Shown: positions 1 to 12,415 of the stretch, piece after piece | Numbering within the stretch: position 1 is the stretch's first letter | Layout: every line of letters starts with the position of its first letter | Assembly: GCF_001194135.2 (NCBI RefSeq) | Contig: NC_068990.1 | Location: 67,379,416 to 67,443,415 of the forward strand | Direction of reading: 5' to 3' | DNA: 64,000 nt | DNA from: Octopus bimaculoides | Taxonomy: Eukaryota | Notes under the pieces: generated by a model | Told to the model about the DNA's origin: nothing | The model's database searches: none | What the model saw: only the letters and a program-made list of their open reading frames with translations | Program-made: the position numbers and the translations under genes

Positions 1-64
<64 letters not shown>

Positions 65-70
65 ATATAT

Positions 71-102
<32 letters not shown>

Positions 103-523
103 ATGTATGTGTATATGTATATATATTTGTGTGTTTGCGCCCCTCCCACCACCACCATTGCTTGCCAACTGACGTTTGTGTGTTTGAGTCCCTGTAACTT
201 AGCTGTTCAGCAGAAGAGACTGATCGAATAACCACCAAGATTACAGGGAATAAGTCCAAGGGTCAATTTCCTCGACTAAAGGGTGGTGCTCCAGCATGCC
301 ATCATCAAATGACTGAAGCAAGTAAAAGAATAAAAGAATATGAGGAAAACGTTCTGTACCACTGAACCAAGAGAGTTCTTTGAATATGTACGATGTATTC
401 TAAGGCTAAACAGTAATTCTGTTTGTTTGTTTGCATAATTGAGATATTTTTGGTGGATTATATAGTTACCGGTTTTACACTTCTTTCTATATTCTGTAAC
501 TGTTGCAATATACTTTTCTACCA

Positions 524-755
524 TGGTGGCAAGCTGGCAGAATCGTTAGCATGCCAAGTGAAATGCTTAGCGGTATTTCATCTGCTCTTACATTCTGAGT
601 TCAATTTCTGCTGAGGTCGACTTTGGCTTTCATCCTTTTGGGGTTGATTACATTAGTACCAGTTATGCACTGGCGTTGATGTAATCGACTTAATCCCTTT
701 GCCTGTCCTTGTTTGTCCCCTCCATGTTTAGCCCCCTGTGGGCAATAAAGAAATA
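524..755 (+). mobile_element. tRNA-headed SINE, family A ((TAA)n-associated)
   Basis: Head GGCAAGCTGGCAGAATCGTTAGCA with A-box-like and B-box-like (GAGTTCAATTTC) motifs; body shared with more than 15 other copies in the window. Confidence 0.8.
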
Positions 756-762
756 AATATAC

Positions 763-968
763 TTTTCTACTATTGGCACAAGTCCTGAAATTTGGGTGGG
801 AGATGACCAGTTGATTGGATCGACCCAAGTATGCAACTGGTACTTAATTTATCAACACGAAAAGGATGAAAGGCAAATTTGACCTCGACAGAATTTGAAC
901 TCAGAATGTAAAGACAGACAAAATACAGCTAAGCATTTTGCCCAGCATGCTAACAATTCTGTCAGCTT
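763..968 (-). mobile_element. SINE family A, inverted relative to the 524-755 copy
   Basis: Reverse complement matches the family A body (ggatgaaaggcaaa..gaatttgaactcagaatgtaa..gctaagcattttgcccagcatgctaac). Confidence 0.8.
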
Positions 969-2340
969 ACAAAGCCTTGCTGTGGATGTATGTAATTAGA
1001 TTTCTTCTGGGCTTTTAATGTGTAGAAAAGGAAAAGGTTTTATATTTTGTTGAATGCTTCTCAAAAGCGATAAACTTGGATTCCTTCCACAATCAACAGC
1101 ATAAAATATTAAGATACTATATAAAGCAATTATTGAGGAAAGAAACAAGGTGAGTTTTGTCTGAAGAACCATTAACAAGCCATCAAACTGTCCATCAGGA
1201 GACACCCTTCCCTCTTTTTCAGTATTTTAAAAGTGAAAAAGGAATCTGCTTACTTTCCTATTTCAGCCACAGTAAGGCTTTGTAGTATGTAAATTTATAA
1301 TTTGAATATTTCAGTCTACATTTTAATGGTCAATTTTAAGCATATTTGGTTTCATTATGAAGGATAACTTTTATTAAAGTTGACAAATGAAGCTAAAATA
1401 TCACAAAAAATATAAACAAACAACCCCTGAAAATCATCAATGTCACCTTTTGTCAATAAAACCAAAGCCACAAAATCTATATATTCTGATACACGTTAAA
1501 AAGAGATGGGGAAATCTGAAAAAAAAAAAGAAAAATTAAGACATTGAAANNNNNNNNNNGGGGTGTATGAGCTAGTAGTTAAATCTAGGATGACATGCAG
1601 GAAATTAACTACTGTTAAGTTAGTTTCTTGGGAAAATTCAAAGCCTGATCTGATAATTTTTGATATGAGCCAAAAGTCATGAACCGTAAAAATGTGAAGC
1701 CACCAGATTATGCTTACAAACTGAATATGCTGTTAGACTTCATGATTTTTGGTCCATCCTCTATTGTTTTTCCTTAGCTTATCTAAAGCATGTCCATTAA
1801 GAATTTTAGAGATAGTTAATGTATCATTCTTATACAGGACAAACATAGCACAGAATTTTTGCTTTACTGCTAAATATTAATCAAAAAAATATTTACATAA
1901 ACTCATATTTTGAGTTCTATTTTCCTTGTTTGCCTCACCAAAACTGTATCTAATACATATAATTTTATCAGCTGATCGATGTCTATGCTGGCAAAAGGTT
2001 CACCCATGCTTATATCAAAGGAACTAGTTAGGTTCCTTTGATGTATGCTCTACCCCAAGATGCATTTTTATCAAAATTGGAGTTATTTCTAATGAATTAT
2101 AATTTTATATTGCAATTGTACAAAGTGACTGACCAACTGATTGAATCAGTTGTACACATCAGCAAACTCTGATGAAAGTTAGCTCACCCTACTTGCATTG
2201 CATAACCTAGTGAGTATTTGAAACTTTTAGTAGCATGTTTTGACTGTGCTCTTTGCACATAAAACATATAAATTAACTCTACATTCATTATATCCAGTAC
2301 TCTGCACTTGTGTCATATGAAATTTATTGTACTTGATTGC

Positions 2341-2419
<79 letters not shown>

Positions 2420-3290
2420 ATAAGGGATGACCACTAGGTGGACATTCAATAGGCTAGGAAGAGGTCATCAATGACCCAATCACAAAGAAAAATAATGTTC
2501 TTCAGAAAAATTTCGCAAATTTTCAGATTTTTTTATATGCTAGGCCACTTGGTTTTAAATTGAATTAATATTCAATTTATCACCCTATCTATATACATAT
2601 ATATAAATATATTGTAATGTATATAGGTGATCATACCATAGTAAAAATTGAAGCAAACTGAGTAGATACTTCTAATGGTGGTTCGTGTGTAAGGCTTCAA
2701 AAGCTTTATGTCTCTTTGCAGCAGGCATCATTTTCCAGTTATACCAGTCTTGATGTCAAGTTATCTTGAGGCTTTTAGAAAATCCATACACTTGACATGA
2801 CACAACAAACATTCCAGCTATCATCAATAAAAGCAACTTCATAAAACAATATCTAGACTCAATCGGTCAGCTTTATTATAAGTCGTGAACATGTGTTCAC
2901 ACATACGTGCATGCACATAAACACATCACCATGCTCATACTTAAATATGAGTAAATAGGCAAAAACAATGACTGTGAGAAAAATATTTGGCTGCTTTTTT
3001 AAGGGCTTTTTTAAGGGCAACAGAAAATACACTGTTAATGGAGGAACAATGAATGAAAATGAAGATCTCACAAAATAACCATGGGTACCCCACAAGAACA
3101 ATACAACATATGAAGGTGTCAGTGAAACATTAAGTAAGATTAAATCTTGATGTAAAAGTGAGTTTCATAAATCTGTTACATTTGAAAAAGGAACATAAAA
3201 ACAAAACAAGACAAATATTAATAAACATAACATTTGATAAATGAATATTTCGAAATGTAAATGATATAATGAAAAGCATTGAATAGTAAC

Positions 3291-3464
3291 CTTCGCAACG
3301 AGTTGGTTGTCCACTCCACTGATGATTAGACATACATCGCCGCTCTGAGGATCCGACAATATTGAAACCGGTGGGACAGTGGAATTTTAACACTGTGTTG
3401 TATGTGTTCCCAGAGCCTGACATGTGGCCATTCAGCGGTGCATGTAATTCTGGGCATCTTATTG
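3291..3464 (-). CDS. Internal coding exon, one Sushi/CCP domain, of a secreted or cell-surface multi-Sushi protein
   Basis: Minus strand: acceptor ttttctctttttctAG, donor GTtact, 174 bp, phase 1-1, open frame IRCPELHAPLNGHMSGSGNTYNTVLKFHCPTGFNIVGSSERRCMSNHQWSGQPTRCE. It has the four CCP cysteines and the conserved W. Confidence 0.93.
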
Positions 3465-4739
3465 CTAGAAAAAGAGAAAAAAACCCAATAGATTTATTAA
3501 TGTTATGTGTGTATTTGTATGTAGCCCTCTCTCTCTCTCTCTCACACTATATATATNNNNNNNNNNNNNNNNNNNNNNNNNNNNNNNNNNNNNNNNNNNN
3601 NNNNNNNNNNNNNNNNNNNNNNNNNNNNNNNNNNNNNNNNNNNNNNNNNNNNNNNNNNGCATATATACTCACATAAACATGTAAATATATATATATATAT
3701 AAATACATATATATATGTATATACACACGTACATAGGTATACATGTATATATAAGAGCATCTTCACATTAGAACAGGCATTGTGCTATAGAAACCATGCC
3801 AAATCAAGTACTAGAGCACAATGCAGACGTTGGCCCCGTTAATTCCTGCTAAACTATGTGTGTGCCTGTGTGTGTGTGTGTGTGTGTGTGTGTATTTGCA
3901 TGTATATAGATTCTGGTGTGGCTGTCTTGTTAAGAAGTTTTCTTTCCAGCCATATGGTTTCATGTTCAGTTTCACAGCACTTTGGGTGAGTGTCTTCTGT
4001 TAAAAACTCAGATTGGCCAAAGCTTAGTGAGTAGATTTGGCAGATGGAAACTGAAAAAAGTTGTCATAACCATATACTTTCTGTATGTGTTCACGTTTGT
4101 GTGACATTAGCTTAACCTCATATAATATAGTTGTAAATGATTATCATCATCATGCAAACAGTGTGGTTTGTTTCCAGTCTTCCACAAAAGCCGTGGAGAA
4201 ATATTATGTAATTTCGAAACAGGTGAGGATTGGTGACATGAAGTGCATCCGGTTACAATAAACCTGCCTCGATGAATTCCATCTGATTTATGTAACATGG
4301 AAAAACGGACATGAAGATGATGACATTGATTAGTAAGCAGTGGTGGAGAACAAACACAAACACACACACAAATGAATAAATACATATATATACAAACGTG
4401 GTTTAAAAGCAAGCTTCTTACCACACAGCCATGCCTGTGCCTATTATATGTATATAGTTAGTTAGAAGAAAAAAAGGAACTGAAAAATCCAGGCAGATAT
4501 CGATAAAGTACTCAGTTTTAAAAGAATTTGGTTAAGAAAATTCAACGATTAGACACCAGTAAATGTAAGTAGAATACACATCGAAGGTAAATTCACATGC
4601 ATCACAAATAAATCCAAATATTCTTTGGTAGAATTTTGAGAAATTCAGACTATTTGACAACAAAAAATATATATGAAGAAAATGACATCTTTGTTATAGA
4701 TCTCACCTTATAAAGCTGACAATTGCTTCTATTGTATTA

Positions 4740-4800
<61 letters not shown>

Positions 4801-5299
4801 AAGAGAGAAAACATCATTTGAATTAATATTTCTGAAAGCATATGTTAACACAATATTATCAAGGCGATTCAAACTTAGTGAGATCTGAATCGAACATATG
4901 AAATATTTCCAGTACAGAAACACCTACAAAAAAAGAATACTTAGAGGGAATTCAATGGAGGACATTTCTGTATTCAACTGATGATGGTGTCATTGGATAA
5001 TGGAAAAAAAATAAAGATTAAAAATAAATATATTTAAGAAAGGCTATTTTAGTATTCAACTATTGGTGATGTCAGTGGATAATGAAATAATAACAAACAA
5101 ACATAAGAACTCTACATTACTACAATTAGGAACATAGAGAAATACAAGGCTATTTTTGCATACAGCTATTGGTGATGTCACTGAATAACTAAAGTATAAA
5201 AAGTAAACATAAGAGTTCTATGTTATGATAATTAGAAACACAAGAGATTTTACATTACAACAATTAGTTATCTATTTATTAAATGTAGTAAAACTTTTA

Positions 5300-6130
5300 T
5301 AAGATTTACTGTTATTACATTGTATAATGTACGAAAAGCTATTTTCATATATTAAAAATTGAAATATTTCTATGTCTTTTGAAATTTATGTCAACATTTC
5401 ATCGTAAAGCTCTCATTAAAATTCAATGAAATTAATTTAGAAGTAATTATATAAAACATTTCTTCAAGGAAAAGATTACATGTAGAATTACCAATACACA
5501 TAACTAATAATAGACCACTTTAAATCATACTCAATCTTCCTATCTTTGAAATTCCAAATGTATTTACAAAGATTTATAGAATTACTTTTTCTTCTATACT
5601 TAAATGAATGAGAATAATAAAGAAATCTAGATTTCCAAATTGTAGCAAATGAACCAATGTAATAAAACTTACGATCCCCTTATTACCTTACACAAATAGA
5701 CTATCATTTTCCTTAAACACTGATTTTCTAAAGAGCATACAATTTTGTTTTTACAATTACACAGGCATTTATTCACTTGTATTTGATACTCATAGTTAAA
5801 AAAATTTCTACTAGATCTCCTCTCAGAATTAGGCATTATGGTGAGATTATTATAACAATTAATATCAAAGCTAGGTAAAGACCAAATTGTATTATCAGAG
5901 TTGTAATTATTTATAGAATTGAAACCTAATTCAAAAAGATTATCATTAGAGTCAATTTCACAATACACATTATCTATTTTACTGTTGTTTATTGATTTAG
6001 AATTGAGATATTCCCTAACTCGCTGTTTATTGCACGCTGCTATAATCTCAGCTACATTTCTAATGGTTGAATTAAAAAACTTTATACTATTGCAATTAAG
6101 TTATTTCCTGTATTTACATGAAGGTGAGAA
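5300..6130 (-). mobile_element. Decayed Penelope-like element, linker plus GIY-YIG endonuclease
   Basis: Minus-strand frames read CNCKNKIVCSLENQCLRKMIVYLCKV..YYIGS..NSINLCKYIWNFKDRKIEYDLKWSII..STCNLFLEEMFYII, the typical Penelope Cys-rich linker and GIY-YIG C-terminus, with stops and frameshifts. Confidence 0.8.
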
Positions 6131-6284
6131 CTACTTGTCTAGTGCAGCAAAGAAGTTTTGAGGGATACAGTTTGCTTCTTGAATTATTCTTTGTATTATT
6201 TATATATACATTTTTCATAGTATTAACAGTATCAATATTGGATTTTTCCAACTGTTATTTTTATTCGTAATTTTATTATTATTA

Positions 6285-6325
<41 letters not shown>

Positions 6326-6326
6326 A

Positions 6327-6535
6327 TTAAGGCAGTGTGATGACAGAATAGATAGCACGCTGGATGAAATGTTTAGTGGTATTTCACCTGTTGCTACATT
6401 CTCAGTTCAAATCCACCAACGTCAACTTTATATTTAATCCTATTGGGGTCAATAAAATAAGTACCAGCTGAACACTGGTTCAATGTAATCAACTCATCCC
6501 CTCCCCCCCAAATTACTACCCTTATGACAAAATTT
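6327..6535 (+). mobile_element. SINE family A copy embedded in (TTA)n
   Basis: aaggcagtgtgatgacagaatagatagcacgctggatgaaatg..ctcagttcaaatcc, flanked on both sides by (TTA)n. Confidence 0.75.
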
Positions 6536-6570
6536 GAAACCATTATTATTATTCGTATTCTTATTATTAC

Positions 6571-6606
<36 letters not shown>

Positions 6607-7843
6607 TACTATTATTATTATTATTACTATTATTATTACTATTACTATTATTATTACTATTATTATTATTATTATTATTATTATTTACAAGATTTTAAAA
6701 ATCAGCACTGTATATAAAAAGGCATTTGCACCAAAAGCATACACACACACATATATATATGCATATATAAATATATATACACACACATATATACTTATAC
6801 ACACACACACACACANNNNNNNNNNNNNNNNNNNNNNNNNNNNNNNNNNNNNNNNNNNNNNNNNNNNNNNNNNNNNNNNNNNNNNNNNNNNNNNNNNNNN
6901 NNNNNNNNNNNNNNNNNNNNNNNNNNNNNNNNNNNNNNNNNNNNNNNNNNNNNNNNNNNNNNNNNNNNNNNNNNNNNNNNNNNNNNNNNNNNNNNNNNNN
7001 NNNNNNNNNNNNNNNNNNNNNNNNNNNNNNNNNNNNNNNNNNNNNNNNNNNNNNNTATATATATATATATATATGTATGCATGTATATAAGGTGAGTACA
7101 TAGGGATAAATTATGCAGGTCGGTAACATGATAGCTCTTAAGTATATTGCACATTATGGTTAACTACATCAGGTAGTATTAAACATCCATGATCACTTAG
7201 TATTAGCAACCCTGCTGTAATTTTCCTGATTGGCAACTCTGATTTCGCTTTGCAGGATTATAAATATTATCAAGTGTGTAAATTTCAAACAATTACAAAG
7301 AATACAGAGACTGGAATAACTTCAAATTTTCCTTTTCATTTTACAGTTGATAGTAAAGCAGATTATGCTGGGTTGCATATGCAGCTGTACATACTTTGTG
7401 CAGCAGAAATATATGTCGGTCATTTTAGCTAACTAATTATGGTGCATGACGAACTGTAAAATTGAAAGAAAGATTGTTTGATGTATGTATGTATGTATGT
7501 ATATATAAGTATATATGTGCAAGTATATATATATTTATATATGCATATATATGTGTNNNNNNNNNNNNNNNNNNNNNNNNNNNNNNNNNNNNNNNNNNNN
7601 NNNNNNNNNNNNNNNNNNNNNNNNNNNNNNNNNNNNNNNNNNNNNNNNNNNNNNNNNNNNNNNNNNNNNNNNNNNNNNNNNNNNNNNNNNNNNNNNNNNN
7701 NNNNNNNNNNNNNNNNNNNNNNNNNNNNNNNNNNNNNNNNNNNNNNNNNNNNNNNNNNNNNNNNNNNNNNNNNNNNNNNNNNNNNNNNNNNNNNNNNNNN
7801 NNNNNNNNNNNNNNNNNNNNNNNNNNNNNNNNNNNNNNNNNNN

Positions 7844-8085
7844 CAGTCCAGGGGCACTGGCAACGATCTTACTTGGCTTGCCGGGTCTTCTCACGCACAG
7901 CCCATTTCCAAAGGTCTCGGTCCGTAGTCATCGCCTCGGTGAGGCCCAATGTACGAAGGTCTTGCCTCACCACCTCAGCCCAGGTCTTCCTGGGCCTACC
8001 TCTTCCACGGGTTCCCTCAACTGTTAGGGTGTGGCACTTTTTCACGCAGCTATCCTCCTCCATTCTCACCACATGTCCATACCAA
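7844..8085 (-). mobile_element. Young 5'-truncated RTE-clade LINE, ORF C-terminus plus start of 3' UTR
   Basis: [71 protein letters not shown] is the RTE C-terminal signature. The frame is uninterrupted and GC-rich, and the 3' end runs into an N gap. Confidence 0.9.
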
Positions 8086-8264
8086 TATATATATATATAT
8101 ATGTATGTATGTATATATAAGTATATATGTGCAAGTATATATATATTTATATATGCATATATATGTGTGTATGTGGTGTGGGTATGCATCTATACACACA
8201 TACACATATATATGCGTACATGTGTGTATATATGTGTACACGTGTGCATATATATATGTGCATA

Positions 8265-8371
<107 letters not shown>

Positions 8372-9054
8372 TGAGAAGCAATTATCTCCCCCTAAGCAGC
8401 AACTCACTTTCATTCTCCATCTCTACCACAGTATATGCAGCTTCCATTAAAACTACCATACACGCATGCACTCACACACACACACATGCGTATATATGTA
8501 TGTGTATGCATATATATTTGGTAAGGCATAAATCCTGAAATATATATTCATATGCCTTTCACAAGCACAATAAAAAGAACCTGTAGTTAGGCCTTTTATA
8601 ATCAGAGGTAGATAATATGAATGGGTGATCAGCATCACTGTACATTTCCCACAATCCTATGATGCCTATTTCTGACAACTCAGTCAATAGGGATATGGTA
8701 GAATGAAGAACCGTGCAGAAAGTCATAAAATACTAGAGTGGATTTGAATAGATGTTATCTGAAAAGAGCATCCAACATCAATTATATCAGGTCATTTTCT
8801 TTTATGCATGAACATGCACATACATGCATACAAAAATAAGAATAAAACAGAGAAAATGGACAGTGACATATAAATGGATGGATCATATATACTGACATAT
8901 GACAGTGTCAGAGACACATGCATGTATTCACATACTTAATGAGAGGAGTATATAGTGAAAGATAGATATACATATGCAGACATCTTTACACACAATATAT
9001 GTGTGTATGCATGTAATATGTACCTATATAAACACACACACACATAGACATATA

Positions 9055-9105
<51 letters not shown>

Positions 9106-9167
9106 TTAGGTATAAATTTATCTATATTATGTACAGTAACATATATATGTTATTGTGTATATATATA

Positions 9168-9189
<22 letters not shown>

Positions 9190-9206
<17 letters not shown>

Positions 9207-9720
9207 GATCAAACAGACTCCCAAAAGCTGGTGTTGGTCTGTGTTGGCAAGACTTGTATTATATAGTGAAATTGATAGAAAGCTCACTGTGAACTTGCCA
9301 CTAGGAGTGGAAAATCTAATGTTTTGGATGGTGTCCTTCTTCAAGGAAAATTTGAAATGAGAGAAATTAATGAGAGACTGTGGAATTGTTCATTCTCCAA
9401 GTTAAAAAAATAAAAATCCTCCAAAACAGGCTGCTACTGACGAGGAACACAGGATCATGTAAGCTTTATACATGGCCAAGAAATGATAGGGGGTGCAGTG
9501 AGAGAAAGAAGGGAAATATAAAATAGAATGAGGAGAAGCAAGCAGAGCTGAGAGTGATGTGAAGGGAAAAGATAGGTGAAAGGGGAGTTGATCATTAAGA
9601 AAGGGTTTCATGAATGAAGAGGAAGTGTGGGACTAGAAGATGAAAATTTCATTTAAACCCATGAAAGACATGGTACCAGGTTCAAATATGAAATGTTTCC
9701 TCCATTTCTTTGAAAATGTG
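9190..9720 (-). mobile_element. Old CR1/L2-like LINE relic
   Basis: Minus-strand remnants such as LAMYKAY and a downstream FY-type motif resemble the CR1 RT C-terminus; heavily decayed. Confidence 0.4.
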
Positions 9721-10718
9721 GATCCATGGTGCAGTGATGCTGCATACTGATAAACTTCTCACCACAGCATACTGATAAACTTCTCACCACTAACTAACTA
9801 CCTAAACTGATACTACCTACCTTATTAAACTATTCTTTCTCATTGTTACCTTTGCAAATTCCTCTAACCCACTACATCTCACTCCCTCATAGCCTCCCCA
9901 CCTTCTCAAGTGGCCTCTTCTCATTTCTTCTCCAAACAAAAGCACTTAATACTACCCTTCTCATTTGAATACTAACCTGTGAATCCCCCCCCCCCTTCCC
10001 CTATTCAATTTCATACACCACTGCTTACCACTGTACTCCCCCTCCAATACCAACCCATATTCCTTATCCCAGTAACCACTGTTAGCTTGACCATCAACTC
10101 ACCTCCTACTCTGCCCCCCCCCCCATCTATCATCTCTCATACCTTTCTACATATCTTAGTAATCTCCCTCTGCCACTGAACTAGACACCATATTTTCTTC
10201 AAATAATTGCCATTCCTTTTCCTGCTATGTCAACTAATAATTCTATAGCCTTCATGCCTACAGTTTAACAAACTCAACACAATAGACTACCATTTACATA
10301 CTATCTACCCCATCCTCTTTTCACCTTCCTACTCCCCACCTCTACTACTAGTTCCATGCTAGTCTCATTATTAACCCCTCACTCTTCTTGAGCTATCTTT
10401 TCTCCTCTCACTGTTCCCTGTCTTAATAACCTCTAGTCCTCCCACTCTAATACACATAGCTATCCACATTTAATCATTCCATCTTTGAACTTCTCTGCAT
10501 TAAGACCTGAAATGAAATATCTCCTCTGCCCTGATGACGGAGGCTCATATCATCCTATGTTAAATGCGTCCATACAGCTACATTTTGTGATGGACTAAAT
10601 CTACCAATATTATTATGGATCACTGAGACCCCAGAAGCAGCTGTTGGACTTATAATACCTTTTTTCTGCCCCTTTAAATTTCTCTGTCATTTGTACTCTG
10701 TGTAAACTGGACCTATTT

Positions 10719-10779
<61 letters not shown>

Positions 10780-10831
10780 NNNNNNNNNNNNNNNNNNNNN
10801 NNNNNNNNNNNNNNNNNNNNNNNNNNNNNNN

Positions 10832-11043
10832 TATTTAAAAGCAGCAGAAATACAACAAAAAAAACGTTACTCTGAGTTTCACGTTCCCGTTCTAACAAAA
10901 CTGTTCGATGAACGGGAACATAAAACTCAGAGTAACGGTTTTTTTGTTATATTTCTGCTGCTTTTAAATAAAGCATATTACTCTACCTCTGGTATTTGAG
11001 TACTCTTTTTTCCACCTTGTTGCACATTTCATGTGCTTACTCC

Positions 11044-11045
<2 letters not shown>
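10832..11045. repeat. Fold-back (MITE-like) element with 61-bp inverted arms
   Basis: 10832-10892 and 10910-10970 are near-perfect reverse complements around a 17-nt loop. Confidence 0.85.
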
Positions 11046-11076
<31 letters not shown>

Positions 11077-11933
11077 TTATACATATAAATTCATCATCTT
11101 CCATTAGTTTGCCTTAAGCCCCGTCTCTTGTTAACCTTTTCTCTACTACTCACTATAATTAATTCATTCCTTCCATCTTATTTCCATCACACTCTAACTT
11201 ATCTTAACAGCTTTCCTAAAGTTCCTAAGCTTTTTCTTATCCTTTCTTTCAGTTGTGGGAGTTCTCTGTAGTGCCAAAAGAAAGTACCCAATGCACATTA
11301 TAGAGGTGGTTAGTGAATTGAGTTGAGATGATACAGGATTGAGAAGACTCTTTAGGTTTGCTGAGTGCAACAAGGCATCTACAGTGCTGATGTCACAAAA
11401 AAGTTCCCAGTATACTCTGTAATATGGTTGATGTTTGCAATAGTAACCAACTATAGAAACTATGCCAAGTCCAAGATATTAAAGCAAGCTGGATTGTGTT
11501 GAACTGTCCAACCTCTGTTTGCTGGGAAGCCGATGTACATTAGAGGTGGTGATGATAGTGATGAATATGTTATCATTACAATCAAGCCAATTGCTCATTT
11601 AAAAATCTATCTTAAAACTATTTAATACAAATTCAAATAATTATGGAGATGTCTGACTAAAATTAGTTTTTGTGCAAAGACTAAAATAATTATATGCAGA
11701 TATCTGAATTTCCTAGAANNNNNNNNNNNNNNNNNNNNNNNNNNNNNNNNNNNNNNNNNNNNNNNNNNNNNNNNNNNNNNNNNNNNNNNNNNNNNNNNNG
11801 CATCAACAATGAGTCAAAAAACAAAGGGGAAAAAATAAAGCTAACAAATGTTTTTTTTCTATTTGAAGTTTTGTTGTGGCTCAGTGGTTAAGATGCTTAA
11901 CCAAGTCTTTCATACACAGTTAAAATTGTTTAA

Positions 11934-12153
11934 CTTTTTAGCATTTAAACCAGTCATATCTGGTCAAAATATTCTACCTGGTTTATGTTCAAACTGGTCA
12001 GACAGAGTATCTCACAGCTACCACATAATATCATTATAAAAATAAACAATCACATCACTGAAATCTTGAATCTACAGGATAATGCATGTCTAATTCAAAA
12101 CAATGTGAATAAACAAGCATTACATTTGACAAAATAATCTGAATGCTATGAGG
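11934..12153. mobile_element. TTAA-flanked non-autonomous DNA transposon (piggyBac-like MITE)
   Basis: TTAA at 11930-11933 and 12154-12157 with degenerate CCCTTTAGCAT/ATGCTAAAGGG termini; body shared with the 18043 and 56482 copies. Confidence 0.7.
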
Positions 12154-12362
12154 TTAACTCTAGCTGATTACAACTTACAAAATTGGGATTAGTGATATTT
12201 AAAGCACAGGAATGGGTGTATAGTTAAAAAGCTTGGTTCCAATCCAAACAGTTCAATTCCACTATATAATACCTTGGGCAAGTGTTTTATAGTATAGCCT
12301 TGCACAGGTGAAGCCTTGCGAGTGGATTTGGTAGTCAGAAACTGAAAGATACCTGTTGTGTA

Positions 12363-12415
<53 letters not shown>

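Noticed and set aside
996-1205. ORF containing YAVDCGR, resembling the start of the next Sushi domain
   Set aside because: There is no AG acceptor before the motif (TG instead), and the remaining CCP cysteines and tryptophan are absent.
1400-1545. Strong minus-strand acceptor (tttctttttttttttcAG) near 1515
   Set aside because: All three frames stop within 25 codons and show no Sushi pattern.
2160-2240. CTGATGA...GAAAC hammerhead-like spacing
   Set aside because: Stem II does not abut the core and no stem I or III can form.
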